The notes: generated by a model not told the origin, from the letters alone. 64,000 nt of DNA from Chloroflexota bacterium (GCA_039932375.1 JBDTQD010000001.1:15844-79843), one strand, 5' to 3'; shown: positions 8,270 through 18,415, counted from the stretch's first letter. Numbers and translations: made by a program.

Positions 8270-9842
8270 GCGCCGCCTGACCTCGCGGGGCCGGCTGCCG
8301 CGCCTCGTCGCAGGCTTCGCAGCCATCCTCCTCGCCGTCGCTTCTTCGCTGCCGGCGCGTCCCGCTGCGGCAGCCGAGCCATCGTTGCGCTACGTCGGCG
8401 GCGCGCCCGCCGCGCTCGACCCCGCCTTCATTGACAGCGCGGGCGACGTGCAGTTCCTGCTGCAGACATACGCCGGCCTCACCCGGCTCGACGAAAAGGG
8501 CCAGCCCTACGCCTCACTCGCCGAATCGTGGTCGGTGGCTGACGACGCTCGCACCTACACCTTCCACCTCCGTTCGGGGCTGACCTTCAGCGACGGCAGC
8601 CCGCTGGATGCGATCGATGTGCGCCGATCGTGGTTACGTATCCTGGATCCCGCCACGCATTCGACCGCTCCCGACGTGCTGAGCATCATCCAGGGAGCGT
8701 CCGAGCGGCTGGCAGGCGGGCCGGAGAGCGGCGTGGCGATCGATGCCCCCGACGCCCGCACGCTCACGGTCCAGCTGAAGCATCCGGCCGCCTACTTCAC
8801 CGCGATCACTGCCACGCCGACTGCATTCGTCGTGCCGCGCACCGCCAAGGGGAGCGACGACAAGTGGCAGTCGATCGATAGGTTCGTCGGCTCTGGCCCC
8901 TACGTCGCGCGGGGAATGGACGGGGTTGACCTCGTCCTACGCGCCAATGACAAGTACGTGGCGGGCGCGCCGCCGATCGGCGAAATCCGCTGGATCACCG
9001 ACCTGACCGGCGATCCCGTGACCGCATATGCCGACAACCAGGTCGACCTGACCGGGATCGGCTCGTCCGATGCCGGCTGGATCGCCTACGACCGCGGTCT
9101 AGGCCCGGCGCTGCACCAGTCCGCCGCGCTGGGGGTGCAGTACATCGGGTTCGACACGACCCGGCCCCCGTTCAACGACCCGCGCGTGCGGCGCGCCTTC
9201 GCTCTGGCGCTCGATCGCCCTCGCCTCGTCACGAATGCCGAGGGCAGCAGCGGCACGCCCGCCTCCAGCGTGGTGCCTCCGGCGCTCTGGCCGAAGGGCA
9301 TGACCGATAACCAGGCAACCGACCTGGTGGAGGCACGACGCCTCCTGGACGAGGCGGGTTACACGGATCGATCACTGCTCGGCACGATCACCGTCAACGG
9401 CTCGGGGCTCGGCGTCGATCCCGCGGCGGCCGTATGGGAGCGTGAGCTGGGCGCCCACATCGTGGTCGAGACGATGGAGTTCCGGGACTACCTGCACGAG
9501 CTGGTGGTCGACCCGCCGCAGGTGTTCACCATCAACTGGATCGCCGACTATCCGTCGCCGTACGCCCTCTACAGCCTCCTGCTACTGCCCGATGCCACCA
9601 GCAACTACGGCCATTGGAACGATGCCGAGTTCGTGCGACTCCTCGAGGTGGCCTCCGCCGCGGTGAGCGACGCCGATCAGGCAACCGCGTACCTTGCCGT
9701 GGAGGCACGGGTCGACGCCGAGGCGCCGGTGATCCCGTGGGCCTACGGCGCGGGATGGTGGCTGGCACGTCCCGGCCTGCGCGGCCTGGGCAACTTGACC
9801 ACGGGACTCCTCGACCTGGGGAGGGTGTCGTGGGACCAGTAG
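8268..9842 (+). CDS. ABC transporter substrate-binding protein, family 5 (peptide/nickel type)
   Basis: Signal peptide MRRLTSRGRLPRLVAGFAAILLAVASSLPARPAAAA. 524 aa with SBP_bac_5-like composition. Confidence 0.75.
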   Translation: MRRLTSRGRLPRLVAGFAAILLAVASSLPARPAAAAEPSLRYVGGAPAALDPAFIDSAGDVQFLLQTYAGLTRLDEKGQPYASLAESWSVADDARTYTFHLRSGLTFSDGSPLDAIDVRRSWLRILDPATHSTAPDVLSIIQGASERLAGGPESGVAIDAPDARTLTVQLKHPAAYFTAITATPTAFVVPRTAKGSDDKWQSIDRFVGSGPYVARGMDGVDLVLRANDKYVAGAPPIGEIRWITDLTGDPVTAYADNQVDLTGIGSSDAGWIAYDRGLGPALHQSAALGVQYIGFDTTRPPFNDPRVRRAFALALDRPRLVTNAEGSSGTPASSVVPPALWPKGMTDNQATDLVEARRLLDEAGYTDRSLLGTITVNGSGLGVDPAAAVWERELGAHIVVETMEFRDYLHELVVDPPQVFTINWIADYPSPYALYSLLLLPDATSNYGHWNDAEFVRLLEVASAAVSDADQATAYLAVEARVDAEAPVIPWAYGAGWWLARPGLRGLGNLTTGLLDLGRVSWDQ

Positions 9843-11137
9843 GTCGTCGCTTTCCTGCGCTTCTGCTCATGGCCCTGGCGGTTGCGATCGCCAGGCCGAT
9901 GCCGGCCGCCGCGTTCAGCGGGTTCGGCGCAGTGAGCGCCGATGCGACCTACGGATTGCAGATGCGATTCAAGGTCGCCCTGCCGGGCGGCCCTCCCGAC
10001 AAGCTCCAGCTCCTCCTCCGCTTCGCCGGGTCGGAGGACACCGTTGTCGCCCCGGTTGTCCCGGGCGCCAGCAGCGCGGAGTATCTCTGGGACGCCAAGG
10101 CGCGGCCGCTCACCCCGAATACCGCCATCGCCTATCGGTGGCGAGCGACCGCCGGCGACGTGGTGAGCCTGAGCCCAGAGAAGAACCTCCTCTATGACGA
10201 CGATCGACCAGGGCTCGACTGGCACGTCGCCCGGATCGGCGACGCGACCGTCCACTGGTATGGCGGCGCCGAGGCGCAGGCTCGCCACTTCGGCAAGATC
10301 ACGGCCGATGCCGCGGCCGCCGCCGAGACGCTGCTCGGCCACAAGCTCGCCGGCCCGGTCGACATCTTCGTCTATGCCTCGCACGACGATTTCTTCGGGG
10401 CGCTCGGGCCGGGGGCCCGTGAATGGACCGGTGCCGCCACCTTCCCGGCGCTACGAACCATCTTCATGTGGCTCCAGGGCGGATCGAGCAGCTACCTCGA
10501 AACGACGATGACGCACGAGGTGACGCACGTCGTCTTCCATGACGCGACGGCGAACGCGTTTCACGACCCTGCCACGTGGTTCAACGAGGGCCTGGCGGTC
10601 TGGTCCGAGCAGCACACCGCCGATCCGGAGGCCGCAACGGTTCGCTCGGCCACGGGCAGTGGGCTCCTCGCCTTCGACGGGATCAGTGAGTCCTTCCCGA
10701 TCGGCGATCAGGCGGCGCGCCTCGCTTACGCGGAGGGTGCCACCATGGTCTCGATGATCATCGACAGGTACGGCCGCGGCGCGATCGCGAAGATCGCGGC
10801 CGCCTGGCGTGACGGCGCGGGTGACGCGGAGGCGCTCGAGGCCGGGACCGGCGTCCCGGCCAAGAGCCTGTACGACGACTATTTCAGCTCGTTCGGCGCC
10901 AAGGCCCCGACCGCTGTCGACCCGGCGCCGATCGGGCCGTCGAACGTCAGCAAGCCGCCACAGCCGGCAGCGTCGGGGAACCAGCAGGCGAGCTCCTCGC
11001 CCGCGCCGGTCACGCAACCGAACGAAAAGGCCGCGGACATCACCTGGATCGTCGCGGTCGTGGCCGTGGGCCTGGTCGTCGGGACCGTGATCGCCCTCGT
11101 GCTGCGGCGACGGCGTCAGCCGCCGGGCCTGGCATGA
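9830..11137 (+). CDS. peptidase MA-like zincin, secreted with a C-terminal TM anchor
   Basis: HEVTHVVFHD is the HExxH motif, followed by FNEGLAVWSE (zincin third ligand Glu). A GTG at 9830 gives the signal peptide VGPVGRRFPALLLMALAVAIARPMPAAA. C-terminal helix ITWIVAVVAVGLVVGTVIALVLRRRRQ. The listed ORF start at 9614 lies inside the substrate-binding-protein gene. Confidence 0.6.
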   Translation: MGPVGRRFPALLLMALAVAIARPMPAAAFSGFGAVSADATYGLQMRFKVALPGGPPDKLQLLLRFAGSEDTVVAPVVPGASSAEYLWDAKARPLTPNTAIAYRWRATAGDVVSLSPEKNLLYDDDRPGLDWHVARIGDATVHWYGGAEAQARHFGKITADAAAAAETLLGHKLAGPVDIFVYASHDDFFGALGPGAREWTGAATFPALRTIFMWLQGGSSSYLETTMTHEVTHVVFHDATANAFHDPATWFNEGLAVWSEQHTADPEAATVRSATGSGLLAFDGISESFPIGDQAARLAYAEGATMVSMIIDRYGRGAIAKIAAAWRDGAGDAEALEAGTGVPAKSLYDDYFSSFGAKAPTAVDPAPIGPSNVSKPPQPAASGNQQASSSPAPVTQPNEKAADITWIVAVVAVGLVVGTVIALVLRRRRQPPGLA

Positions 11138-11889
11138 CCACTCGGCGACGGAGACGGTTGCCAGTCAGCCCGCAGTGGGCGGTCAGCATCGCCGGTGCCC
11201 TCGCCGTGATCGGCTTCGTCGGGTACGCCCAATGGAACGGCTCGCCGCAGCGGGCCGAGTTCGCCACGTCGGTGCAGCAGGTGCTTGCCGCGCAGGTCGG
11301 CGAGCTGGAATCGGAGCAGAAGGACCTCCGCGTACAGATTGCGGATGCCGAGGCGCGCGTGCTGGAGTTCCAGACTGCATCCACCACCTCTTCATCTGCC
11401 CTCGCCGAGGTCAATCGGCGGCTCGCGGAGGCCCGCCTGGCGACGGGACTAACGGCGCTGCGGGGTCCGGGCGTGGTCATCGAGATCGCCGACTCCAAGC
11501 GGGTCGTGCCCGACGGCGAAAACCCAGCCAACTACATCGTCCTGGTCGACGACCTGCGTGACATCGTGACCGCCCTGTGGGCATCCGGAGCCGAGGCGAT
11601 ATCGATCAACGGGGAGCGCCTGGTCGCGACCTCGTCGATCTATGCGGTCGGCGCATCGGTCCTGGTCAACACCGCATTCCTGTCTCCGCCGTTCCGGATC
11701 GAGGCGATCGGCTCCGAAGGACTCATCGATCGATTCCAGGCGAACGACGCCTTCCAGGGCCGAGTTGCCCAGCGCATCCAGGCATTCGGCCTCGAGTTCG
11801 CCACCCAGGCGGCGCCCTCGCTGGACCTGCCGGCATTCGTCGGCAACACCAGGTTCCGGTGGGCAGTGCCAGCGGCGGCGGCGCCCTAG
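11134..11889 (+). CDS. DUF881 domain protein (YlxW/YlxX-like, division-associated)
   Basis: N-terminal TM helix, then a coiled coil, then LRGPGVVIEIAD...AISINGERLVATSSI... in DUF881 arrangement. 251 aa. Confidence 0.75.
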   Translation: MTTRRRRRLPVSPQWAVSIAGALAVIGFVGYAQWNGSPQRAEFATSVQQVLAAQVGELESEQKDLRVQIADAEARVLEFQTASTTSSSALAEVNRRLAEARLATGLTALRGPGVVIEIADSKRVVPDGENPANYIVLVDDLRDIVTALWASGAEAISINGERLVATSSIYAVGASVLVNTAFLSPPFRIEAIGSEGLIDRFQANDAFQGRVAQRIQAFGLEFATQAAPSLDLPAFVGNTRFRWAVPAAAAP

Positions 11890-12561
11890 ATGAGCGGATT
11901 CGGCGCGCGCATCTCGTTCATGCTGGTGGCCATGCTGATCGGCGTGCTGGCGGTGGGACAGCTGAACGCGCACGCCCGCCCGAGCGAGGTGAGCAACCTC
12001 TCCGCCCAGGAGCTGTCGACCCTGATCGAGACACTCACCGCGCGCAACCGCGAGCTGCGTACCGGATTGGCCGATATTCGCGAGCAGCTGCGCGAATACG
12101 AGCTCTCAGGTCCGCAGAGCCAGAGCACCCTGCAGGTGAGCCGCGAGGACCTGCGCCGGATCACCGCGTTCGGCGGGTTGGCGGCGGTCGACGGACAGGG
12201 GATCGAGATGGACGTCGACGGCAGCCTGGACGCGATCGCGCTCAACGACCTCGTCAATGAGCTGCGCAATGCCGGGGCCGAGGCGATTGCGGTTGACAAT
12301 GTCCGCATCACGGCTCGCTCGGTGGCGATCCAGGGTCCAAGCTCCCTCGAGATCGACGGCGTGGCGGTCGGCCGGCGCCTCTCGCTGAAGGCGATCGGCT
12401 CGCCCGACGGACTGCTCGGCGCCATGCAGCGCCCAGGTGGGATCATCTCGCAGCTGAAGCTGGTGATTCGGGCGACCATCCAGGTTCGGCAGGTCGACGC
12501 GTTGGAGCTGCCGGCAACCAAGCTGTTGCTTATGCCGGCTGTTGGCAAACCGATCGCGTGA
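11890..12561 (+). CDS. DUF881 domain protein (second paralog)
   Basis: Same architecture as the upstream gene: TM helix, coiled coil, GIEMDVDG...AIAVDNVRITARSVAIQG. 223 aa. Confidence 0.75.
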   Translation: MSGFGARISFMLVAMLIGVLAVGQLNAHARPSEVSNLSAQELSTLIETLTARNRELRTGLADIREQLREYELSGPQSQSTLQVSREDLRRITAFGGLAAVDGQGIEMDVDGSLDAIALNDLVNELRNAGAEAIAVDNVRITARSVAIQGPSSLEIDGVAVGRRLSLKAIGSPDGLLGAMQRPGGIISQLKLVIRATIQVRQVDALELPATKLLLMPAVGKPIA

Positions 12562-12568
12562 GGAGACG

Positions 12569-14017
12569 ATGCAGGATCTGATTGACCTGGCCCTCGACGC
12601 AGCGCAGCGTGCCGGCGCGGGGTATGCCGACATTCGCATCGTGGAACGCAACACCGAGTCCCTGATGGTCAAGAACGGCGACCTGGCCGAAGCAAGCTCG
12701 GATCGCTCGGCCGGGTTCGGGGTTCGCGTCCTGGTCGATGGGGCATGGGGCTTCGCGGGCAGCTCGCGGCTCGAGCGTGCCGAGGTCGAGCGCGTCACCC
12801 GCGGCGCCGTCGCCATCGCTCGGGCCAGCGGCCTGGCCATGCGCGAGCCGATCGTCCTCGACGACTCGCCGCCGGCGGTCGCCAGCTACCGGACCCCCCT
12901 GCGCGAGGACCCATTTGCGGTGCCGCTCGACGAGAAGCTCCGGCTCCTCTTCGATGCCGACGCGACGATGGGAAAGGTGGCCGGCATCACGCTCCGAACG
13001 AGCAGCATGGAGGCGGGTCGCGAGGTAAAGACGTTCGCCTCGAGCGAGGGGGCGCACATCGAGCAGGATCTGATGGAAGTGGGAGCCGGGATCGAGGCGA
13101 CCGCCGTCAACGACAGCGAGGTGCAGCGCCGCAGCTTCCCCCAATCGGCGGGCGGACAGCACGTCACCGGCGGCTTCGAGGCGGTCCGCGACCTTGGGTT
13201 GGCCGACCACGCCCAGCAGATCGCCGAGGAGGCGGTAGCCCTGCTCGATGCGCCGCAATGCCCATCGGGCGAGATGACGCTTATCATCGACTCGTCGCAG
13301 CTGGCGCTGCAGGTGCACGAGTCGTGCGGCCACCCGATCGAGCTCGACCGGGTGCTCGGCATGGAGGCGAGTTTCGCGGGGACCAGCTTCTTGACCCTCG
13401 ACAAACTCGAGCAGCTCCAGTACGGCAGCGAGATCGTGAACATGGAGGCGGATGCCACCGCCCCCGGCGGCTTGGGGACCTTCGGCTTCGACGATGAAGG
13501 CGTTGCCGCCCAGAAGGTCCCCATCGTCACGGCCGGCCTCCTGGTCGGATACCTCACCAGTCGCGAGACCGCCCCGATCATCGGTCGCCGCAGCATGGGG
13601 AGCAGCCGTGCCTCAGGCTGGAACGTGATCCCGCTGATCCGCATGACGAACGTCAACCTGCACCCGGGCGACGCCGGGAGCCTGGAGGACCTGATCTCGG
13701 ACACGGCGGACGGGCTCCTCGTCAGCACCAATCATTCGTGGAGCATCGACGACCGACGCCTGAACTTCCAGTTCGGGACCGAGATCGGTTGGCTGATCCG
13801 CAATGGGCGCCTGACGGAGATGGTCAAGAATCCGACCTACACCGGCATCACGCCGCGCTTCTGGGGCAGCTGCGATGCGATCTGCGGCCCTGAGGAGTGG
13901 CATCTGTGGGGGCTTCCGAACTGCGGCAAGGGCGAGCCGATGCAAACGCATCGCGTCGGGCATGGCGCCGCCCCGGCGCGCTTCCGCGGGGTCCAGGTGG
14001 GGGTCGGCCAGTGGTAG
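12569..14017 (+). CDS. tldD: metalloprotease TldD
   Basis: HESCGHPIELDR is the HExxxH motif. The TldD/PmbA fold is recognisable throughout. The ATG at 12569 (MQDLIDL) is preferred over 12542. Confidence 0.85.
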   Translation: MQDLIDLALDAAQRAGAGYADIRIVERNTESLMVKNGDLAEASSDRSAGFGVRVLVDGAWGFAGSSRLERAEVERVTRGAVAIARASGLAMREPIVLDDSPPAVASYRTPLREDPFAVPLDEKLRLLFDADATMGKVAGITLRTSSMEAGREVKTFASSEGAHIEQDLMEVGAGIEATAVNDSEVQRRSFPQSAGGQHVTGGFEAVRDLGLADHAQQIAEEAVALLDAPQCPSGEMTLIIDSSQLALQVHESCGHPIELDRVLGMEASFAGTSFLTLDKLEQLQYGSEIVNMEADATAPGGLGTFGFDDEGVAAQKVPIVTAGLLVGYLTSRETAPIIGRRSMGSSRASGWNVIPLIRMTNVNLHPGDAGSLEDLISDTADGLLVSTNHSWSIDDRRLNFQFGTEIGWLIRNGRLTEMVKNPTYTGITPRFWGSCDAICGPEEWHLWGLPNCGKGEPMQTHRVGHGAAPARFRGVQVGVGQW

Positions 14018-15384
14018 CCGAACGCGCCTGGGACCGGCCGGCGCTCGAATCTATGCTGGCCAATGCATTGTCCCTGGTCACCGGTGCCGAGGCGGAGGCG
14101 CTCTTCACCGCGCGTGACGCCGCGCTGACTCGCTTCGCCAACTCGCGGATTCACCAGAACGTGGCAGACCGTGACGCCACCCTTCGCATGCGCCTGGTCC
14201 GGGACGGGCGGACCGGCGTGGCAACCACCAATCGGCTCGACGACGAGGGCCTGAACGAGGTGGTGGCACGCGCCTCCGCCACCCTCGCCATGGCCACGCC
14301 GAATCCGAACGGCGCACCGATGGCCGGCCCGCTCCCCTCCACGGCGGACCCGAAGCTCGGATACGTGGCCGCCACCGCCGGCGCCGATCCCGAGCTGCGC
14401 GCCGCCGGGGTTCGGACAGTCATCGCGGCGGGCGATGCAGCCGGCCTCGAGTCGAGCGGCGCCTATTCGACCGAGACCGCTACCCTGGCAGTCGCGAATT
14501 CGCGCGGGATGCTGAACGCACACAGCGTGACCCAGGCCAAACTCCTGACCGTGATGATGGACGGCGACGGCGCATCGGGCTATGCACAGGCGACCGGTCC
14601 CGACGTCCGGGCGCTTGACCCCGCCGCGCTCGGCGAAGAGGCCGCCGACAAGGCGGTCCGCAGCGCGGAGGCGGTCGACCTGGAGCCCGGCGACTACCCC
14701 GTCGTGCTCGAGGAGTACGCGGTCGCCACGATCCTCGAGTACCTGTCCTGGATGGGCTTCTCGGCGCTGGCCGTCGAGGAGGGGCGCTCGTTCATGGATC
14801 TCGGCCAGCAGATCATGGGGCCGAACGTCACGATCTGGGACGATGGGCTCGACCCCCTCGGACTGCCGACTGCCATTGACTACGAGGGGGTGCCGAAGCG
14901 GCGCGTCGACCTGATCACCGATGGCGTGGCCAGGGCAGTGGTGCACGACACCGCCACTGCGACGCGCGCCGGCACGGTCTCGACCGGGCATGGCCTTCCG
15001 GCCCCGAACGCCTTCGGACCAATCGCGATGAACCTGTTCATGGCGCCGGGCTCGAGCGCGAAGGAGCTGATGGTGTCGGGTATCGAACGCGGCGTGTGGG
15101 TGACCCGCTTCCACTACGTGAACGTTATCCACGCGCGACGCGGCATCCTGACCGGCATGACCAAGGACGGCACCTTCCTGATCGAGGATGGCGAGATCAC
15201 CCGGCCGATCCGCAACATGCGCTTCACCCAGTCGATCCCCGAGGCATTCAGCTCGATCGAGGCGATCGGCTCGGATACGCGCCTGGTTGCTGCCGAGTAC
15301 TCGGGCATTAACGCCCGGGTGCCCGCGCTGCGGATTGGGAAATTCGCGTTCACGGGGGCCACCTCCGCCGAGGCCGGTACGTAG
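14011..15384 (+). CDS. pmbA: metalloprotease PmbA/TldE (TldD partner)
   Basis: TldD/PmbA family. Paired with tldD. The GTG at 14011 overlaps the tldD stop. The listed ORF start at 13897 lies inside tldD. Confidence 0.75.
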   Translation: MVAERAWDRPALESMLANALSLVTGAEAEALFTARDAALTRFANSRIHQNVADRDATLRMRLVRDGRTGVATTNRLDDEGLNEVVARASATLAMATPNPNGAPMAGPLPSTADPKLGYVAATAGADPELRAAGVRTVIAAGDAAGLESSGAYSTETATLAVANSRGMLNAHSVTQAKLLTVMMDGDGASGYAQATGPDVRALDPAALGEEAADKAVRSAEAVDLEPGDYPVVLEEYAVATILEYLSWMGFSALAVEEGRSFMDLGQQIMGPNVTIWDDGLDPLGLPTAIDYEGVPKRRVDLITDGVARAVVHDTATATRAGTVSTGHGLPAPNAFGPIAMNLFMAPGSSAKELMVSGIERGVWVTRFHYVNVIHARRGILTGMTKDGTFLIEDGEITRPIRNMRFTQSIPEAFSSIEAIGSDTRLVAAEYSGINARVPALRIGKFAFTGATSAEAGT

Positions 15385-15386
15385 TC

Positions 15387-15593
15387 GTGGTGGCCGTCGA
15401 CCTGCGGATTGGCGACCGAATCGGGTTGCGTAAATCGCACCCCTGCGGCAGCCGTGAATGGCGCGTGTCGCGCCTCGGAGCGGACATCGGCCTGGTCTGC
15501 GAAGGCTGCGGCCATCGAATCCTGATGGACCGCCTTGACGTCGAGCGCCGCTTCACCAGCCACCTCGAACGCGGCCCACAGACGGCGGACTAG
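15387..15593 (+). CDS. DUF951 family small protein
   Basis: KSHPCGSREWRVSRLGADIGLVCEGCGHRIL matches the DUF951 pattern (K-PHPCG..W.I.R.G.DI...C.GC.H). 68 aa. Confidence 0.8.
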   Translation: MVAVDLRIGDRIGLRKSHPCGSREWRVSRLGADIGLVCEGCGHRILMDRLDVERRFTSHLERGPQTAD

Positions 15594-15597
15594 ACCG

Positions 15598-16986
15598 ATG
15601 GCCCACATTGAGCTCCCGTCGGGGACCGTCTTCCGCAACCGCTCGTTCCTCCTGCTGTGGGGCGCCCAGGTACTGAGCCAGCTGGCCAGCAACATGGTGC
15701 TGGCCGGTCTCATGGCGACGGTGGTGTTGGCGACCGGTTCGAACACGGCCAACGCCGTCCTGATCCTGACCTTCTTGGTCCCGGCGGTCGCCTTCAGCGC
15801 GGTCGCCGGCGTGCTGGTCGAGCGGAGTGACGCGCGCCTGATCATGCTTGGCTCGAACCTGCTGCGCGCAGGCGGGATCGTGCTGTTCCTGCTGGTCGGC
15901 ACCAACGTCGCGCTCATCTTCGTCATCAACCTGCTGGTCGCGACAGTCACCGCCTTCTTCGTGCCGGCGGAGCTGACCGCCATCCCGCGGCTGGTCGACC
16001 GGCGTCAGCTGATGGCCGCCAACTCGACCTTCGTGCTGACCATCAATGCCACCTTCGCCATTGGCTTCGGCTTCCTCGGCCCGCTTCTCCTGACGACCGC
16101 CGGGGTGAACGCGGTCTTCGTGGTGGTGGCTGTCATGTTCGGGCTCGCGGCGCTCGCCATCGTGCCGCTGCCGGCGGTGAAGCCGGAGGCGCACGCTGAG
16201 ATCCACGGCAAGGAGGCCGTCGGTGCATTGACGGTGATCTTCGACCAGCTGCGGGAGGGGATCTCCTTCGTCCGCGCGAACCACCAGATCGCTTGGTCGC
16301 TCGCCTACCTCGGGATCGCCGCCAGCCTGATCGCAGTGATGGGAGCCATCGGGCCGGGATTCGCGACCGACATCCTCCGCCTGCGACCGCAGGACTTCTT
16401 CTTCGTGGTCGGTCCGGCGGGGATCGGCGCCGTGATCGGGATCCTCTTCCTGAACGCATACGGACGCGGCTTTCCGCGTCGCCTTCTGATCGACGGCGGG
16501 CTCGTGGCGATGGGGATCACCCTCATTGCGCTGGCGCTGGTAAAGCCGATCACCGTCTTCCTGTCACCGGCCTTCCAGCCGATCGAGCACACTCTGCCGG
16601 AGGCCCTCAGCCCCATCATCTCGCTGATCGCCCTGGTCGTGGTGATCGGCATGGCCGCCGGGGTCGAATACGCGTTCGTCGCGATCCCCGCGCAGACCGC
16701 GCTGCAGGAGGACCTGCCGGTCGAAGTCCGCGGCCGGATCTTCGGGATCCTGAACACGTTGCTGTCGGTCGCTTCGTTCCTGCCGGTGATCGCCGCGCCG
16801 GTCGCCGCCGACGTCCTAAACATTGCGTTCCCCGGCGCCGGGATTCCGGTGGTGATGGCCATCCTTGGCCTTATCACCCTCTGGCTTGGGGTCGCCTCCT
16901 GGCGACGCAACGCGACCGCCGGGCTGCACCGCAACGCGGCGAAGGTACTCGCCGACGAGCAGAGATCGCCAGCGAATGACGAGTAG
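15598..16986 (+). CDS. MFS transporter
   Basis: 12 predicted TM helices. Begins MAHIELPSGTVFRNRSFLLLWGAQVLSQL. The listed ORF start at 15535 lies inside DUF951. Confidence 0.8.
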   Translation: MAHIELPSGTVFRNRSFLLLWGAQVLSQLASNMVLAGLMATVVLATGSNTANAVLILTFLVPAVAFSAVAGVLVERSDARLIMLGSNLLRAGGIVLFLLVGTNVALIFVINLLVATVTAFFVPAELTAIPRLVDRRQLMAANSTFVLTINATFAIGFGFLGPLLLTTAGVNAVFVVVAVMFGLAALAIVPLPAVKPEAHAEIHGKEAVGALTVIFDQLREGISFVRANHQIAWSLAYLGIAASLIAVMGAIGPGFATDILRLRPQDFFFVVGPAGIGAVIGILFLNAYGRGFPRRLLIDGGLVAMGITLIALALVKPITVFLSPAFQPIEHTLPEALSPIISLIALVVVIGMAAGVEYAFVAIPAQTALQEDLPVEVRGRIFGILNTLLSVASFLPVIAAPVAADVLNIAFPGAGIPVVMAILGLITLWLGVASWRRNATAGLHRNAAKVLADEQRSPANDE

Positions 16987-18298
16987 GATCCTCGCCGCCG
17001 GGATCCTCGTCGCGGCATCGCTGATCGCCTGGCTGGCGATCGCGTTCACGCTCGTTGCGCGCCTCCTGCAGGGCGCCATCAGCCTCTCGCTGGTCTACGT
17101 CGCCTATCTCGCCCTGCGCGGCTTCCAGTCGATGCGTGACGGCCGCAGGGCCGCCGGCGCGGGCTCGGATGGCGTCGCGCGTCGACCCTGGGTGACGCTC
17201 ATGGTTGCGGCCCGCAACGAGGCTCCGGTGATCGGGCCAACAGTCGCGGCCCTGGCCGGCCAGGAGTACGCGGACGGCACGACCGCCCGATTCGACGTGC
17301 TGGTGATCGACGACGGCTCGAGCGATGGCACCGGTGAGCTGGCGGCCGAGATGGCGGCGCCTCACGGCAACCTGGTACGGGTCGTGCGACGAGAGGTGGG
17401 AGATGGTCCCCAGACGAAGGCCGGGGCGTTGAACTTCGCGCATCCCCTGGTGCGCGGGGAGGTGATCGGCGTGCTCGACGCCGACGCCTCGCTGGCCTCG
17501 GACTTCCTGGCGAGCGTCATGGCGGCCTGGCAAGCCGATCCCGGCGCAGGCGCGATCCAGGCGCAGCGCCGCGTGCACAACCTGGCCGATGGCTGGCTGG
17601 CCGCGGCGCAGGACGAGGAGCTGCTGATGGACGGCGCAAGCCAGTGCGGTCGCCGCGCAACCGACGGCACCGCAGAGCTGCGCGGCAACGGGATGTTCGT
17701 GCGGCGCGAGGTGCTCGAACGGGTGGGTGGCTGGAACGCTGGGGCCTTGACCGAGGACCTGGACCTCTCGACGCGACTGGTCGCCGCGGGCGAGCGGATC
17801 GCGCTGGCGCATGGGGCAGAGGTCGGAGAGGAAGCGGTGGTAACCATGCCGGCCCTCTGGCGGCAGCGGCTGCGCTGGGCGGAGGGGAGCATGCGGCGCC
17901 TGATGGAGGTCGGTCCGGGCCTGCTCCGAGCACCGGAGGTTCGCCTCGGCACCAAGCTCGACTTCCTGGCGTTCATCGGGGAGTTCGTGATACCGCCGAT
18001 CTTCGTGACCACCGTCATCGCCAGCCTGCTGACGATCCCATTGCCACGCCCCGCCGATTGGACCGTGCCCGCCTCGCTCTTCATCGGCTACGGCCTGGGC
18101 TCGTTCCTGCTGGCGGTGGCCGGGATCGCCGCCAGCGGCGAGCGTGGCACCCGGCTCATCGGGCGCGCCACACGCGGATCGCTGTTCCTGTCGCACTGGC
18201 TGGTCGTGGTCCCTGCGGCGCTGGTCAAGATTGCCATCGGTCGCCCGACGACCTCCTTCGTCCAGACGCGGCGAATCGGACACCTGACGGATCGTTGA
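16976..18298 (+). CDS. glycosyltransferase family 2 (membrane-integrated, cellulose-synthase-like fold)
   Basis: VLVIDDGSSDGT ... VLDADA (DxD motif) ... QRLRWAEG (the QxxRW motif). N- and C-terminal TM helices. Confidence 0.8.
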   Translation: MTSRILAAGILVAASLIAWLAIAFTLVARLLQGAISLSLVYVAYLALRGFQSMRDGRRAAGAGSDGVARRPWVTLMVAARNEAPVIGPTVAALAGQEYADGTTARFDVLVIDDGSSDGTGELAAEMAAPHGNLVRVVRREVGDGPQTKAGALNFAHPLVRGEVIGVLDADASLASDFLASVMAAWQADPGAGAIQAQRRVHNLADGWLAAAQDEELLMDGASQCGRRATDGTAELRGNGMFVRREVLERVGGWNAGALTEDLDLSTRLVAAGERIALAHGAEVGEEAVVTMPALWRQRLRWAEGSMRRLMEVGPGLLRAPEVRLGTKLDFLAFIGEFVIPPIFVTTVIASLLTIPLPRPADWTVPASLFIGYGLGSFLLAVAGIAASGERGTRLIGRATRGSLFLSHWLVVVPAALVKIAIGRPTTSFVQTRRIGHLTDR

Positions 18299-18415
18299 GC
18301 CTGTCGTTCGTGTCGCCGGAACGGGGCCGGCGTCATACGCCGCGCGTGAACCGCTGGCGGGATGCATGGGTGAAGCGTAGGATCGCGGTCATGCGGGCCG
18401 TAGGGCATCGGCCCA

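Noticed and set aside
13837-15132. 431-aa minus-strand ORF
   Set aside because: It is antisense to pmbA/tldE. The translation is Arg/Gly-rich. It is spurious.
16874-18367. 497-aa minus-strand ORF, and a 348-aa plus-strand ORF at 17644-18690
   Set aside because: They are antisense to or frame-shifted against the GT2 glycosyltransferase. Both are Arg/Pro-rich low-complexity. They are spurious.
18299-18415. GC-rich hairpin-containing leader upstream of the DUF3820-like gene (gggccgtagggcatcggccc), considered as a small RNA or riboswitch
   Set aside because: It has no recognisable riboswitch consensus (TPP, SAM, cobalamin, glycine, ydaO). A short hairpin alone is insufficient evidence.
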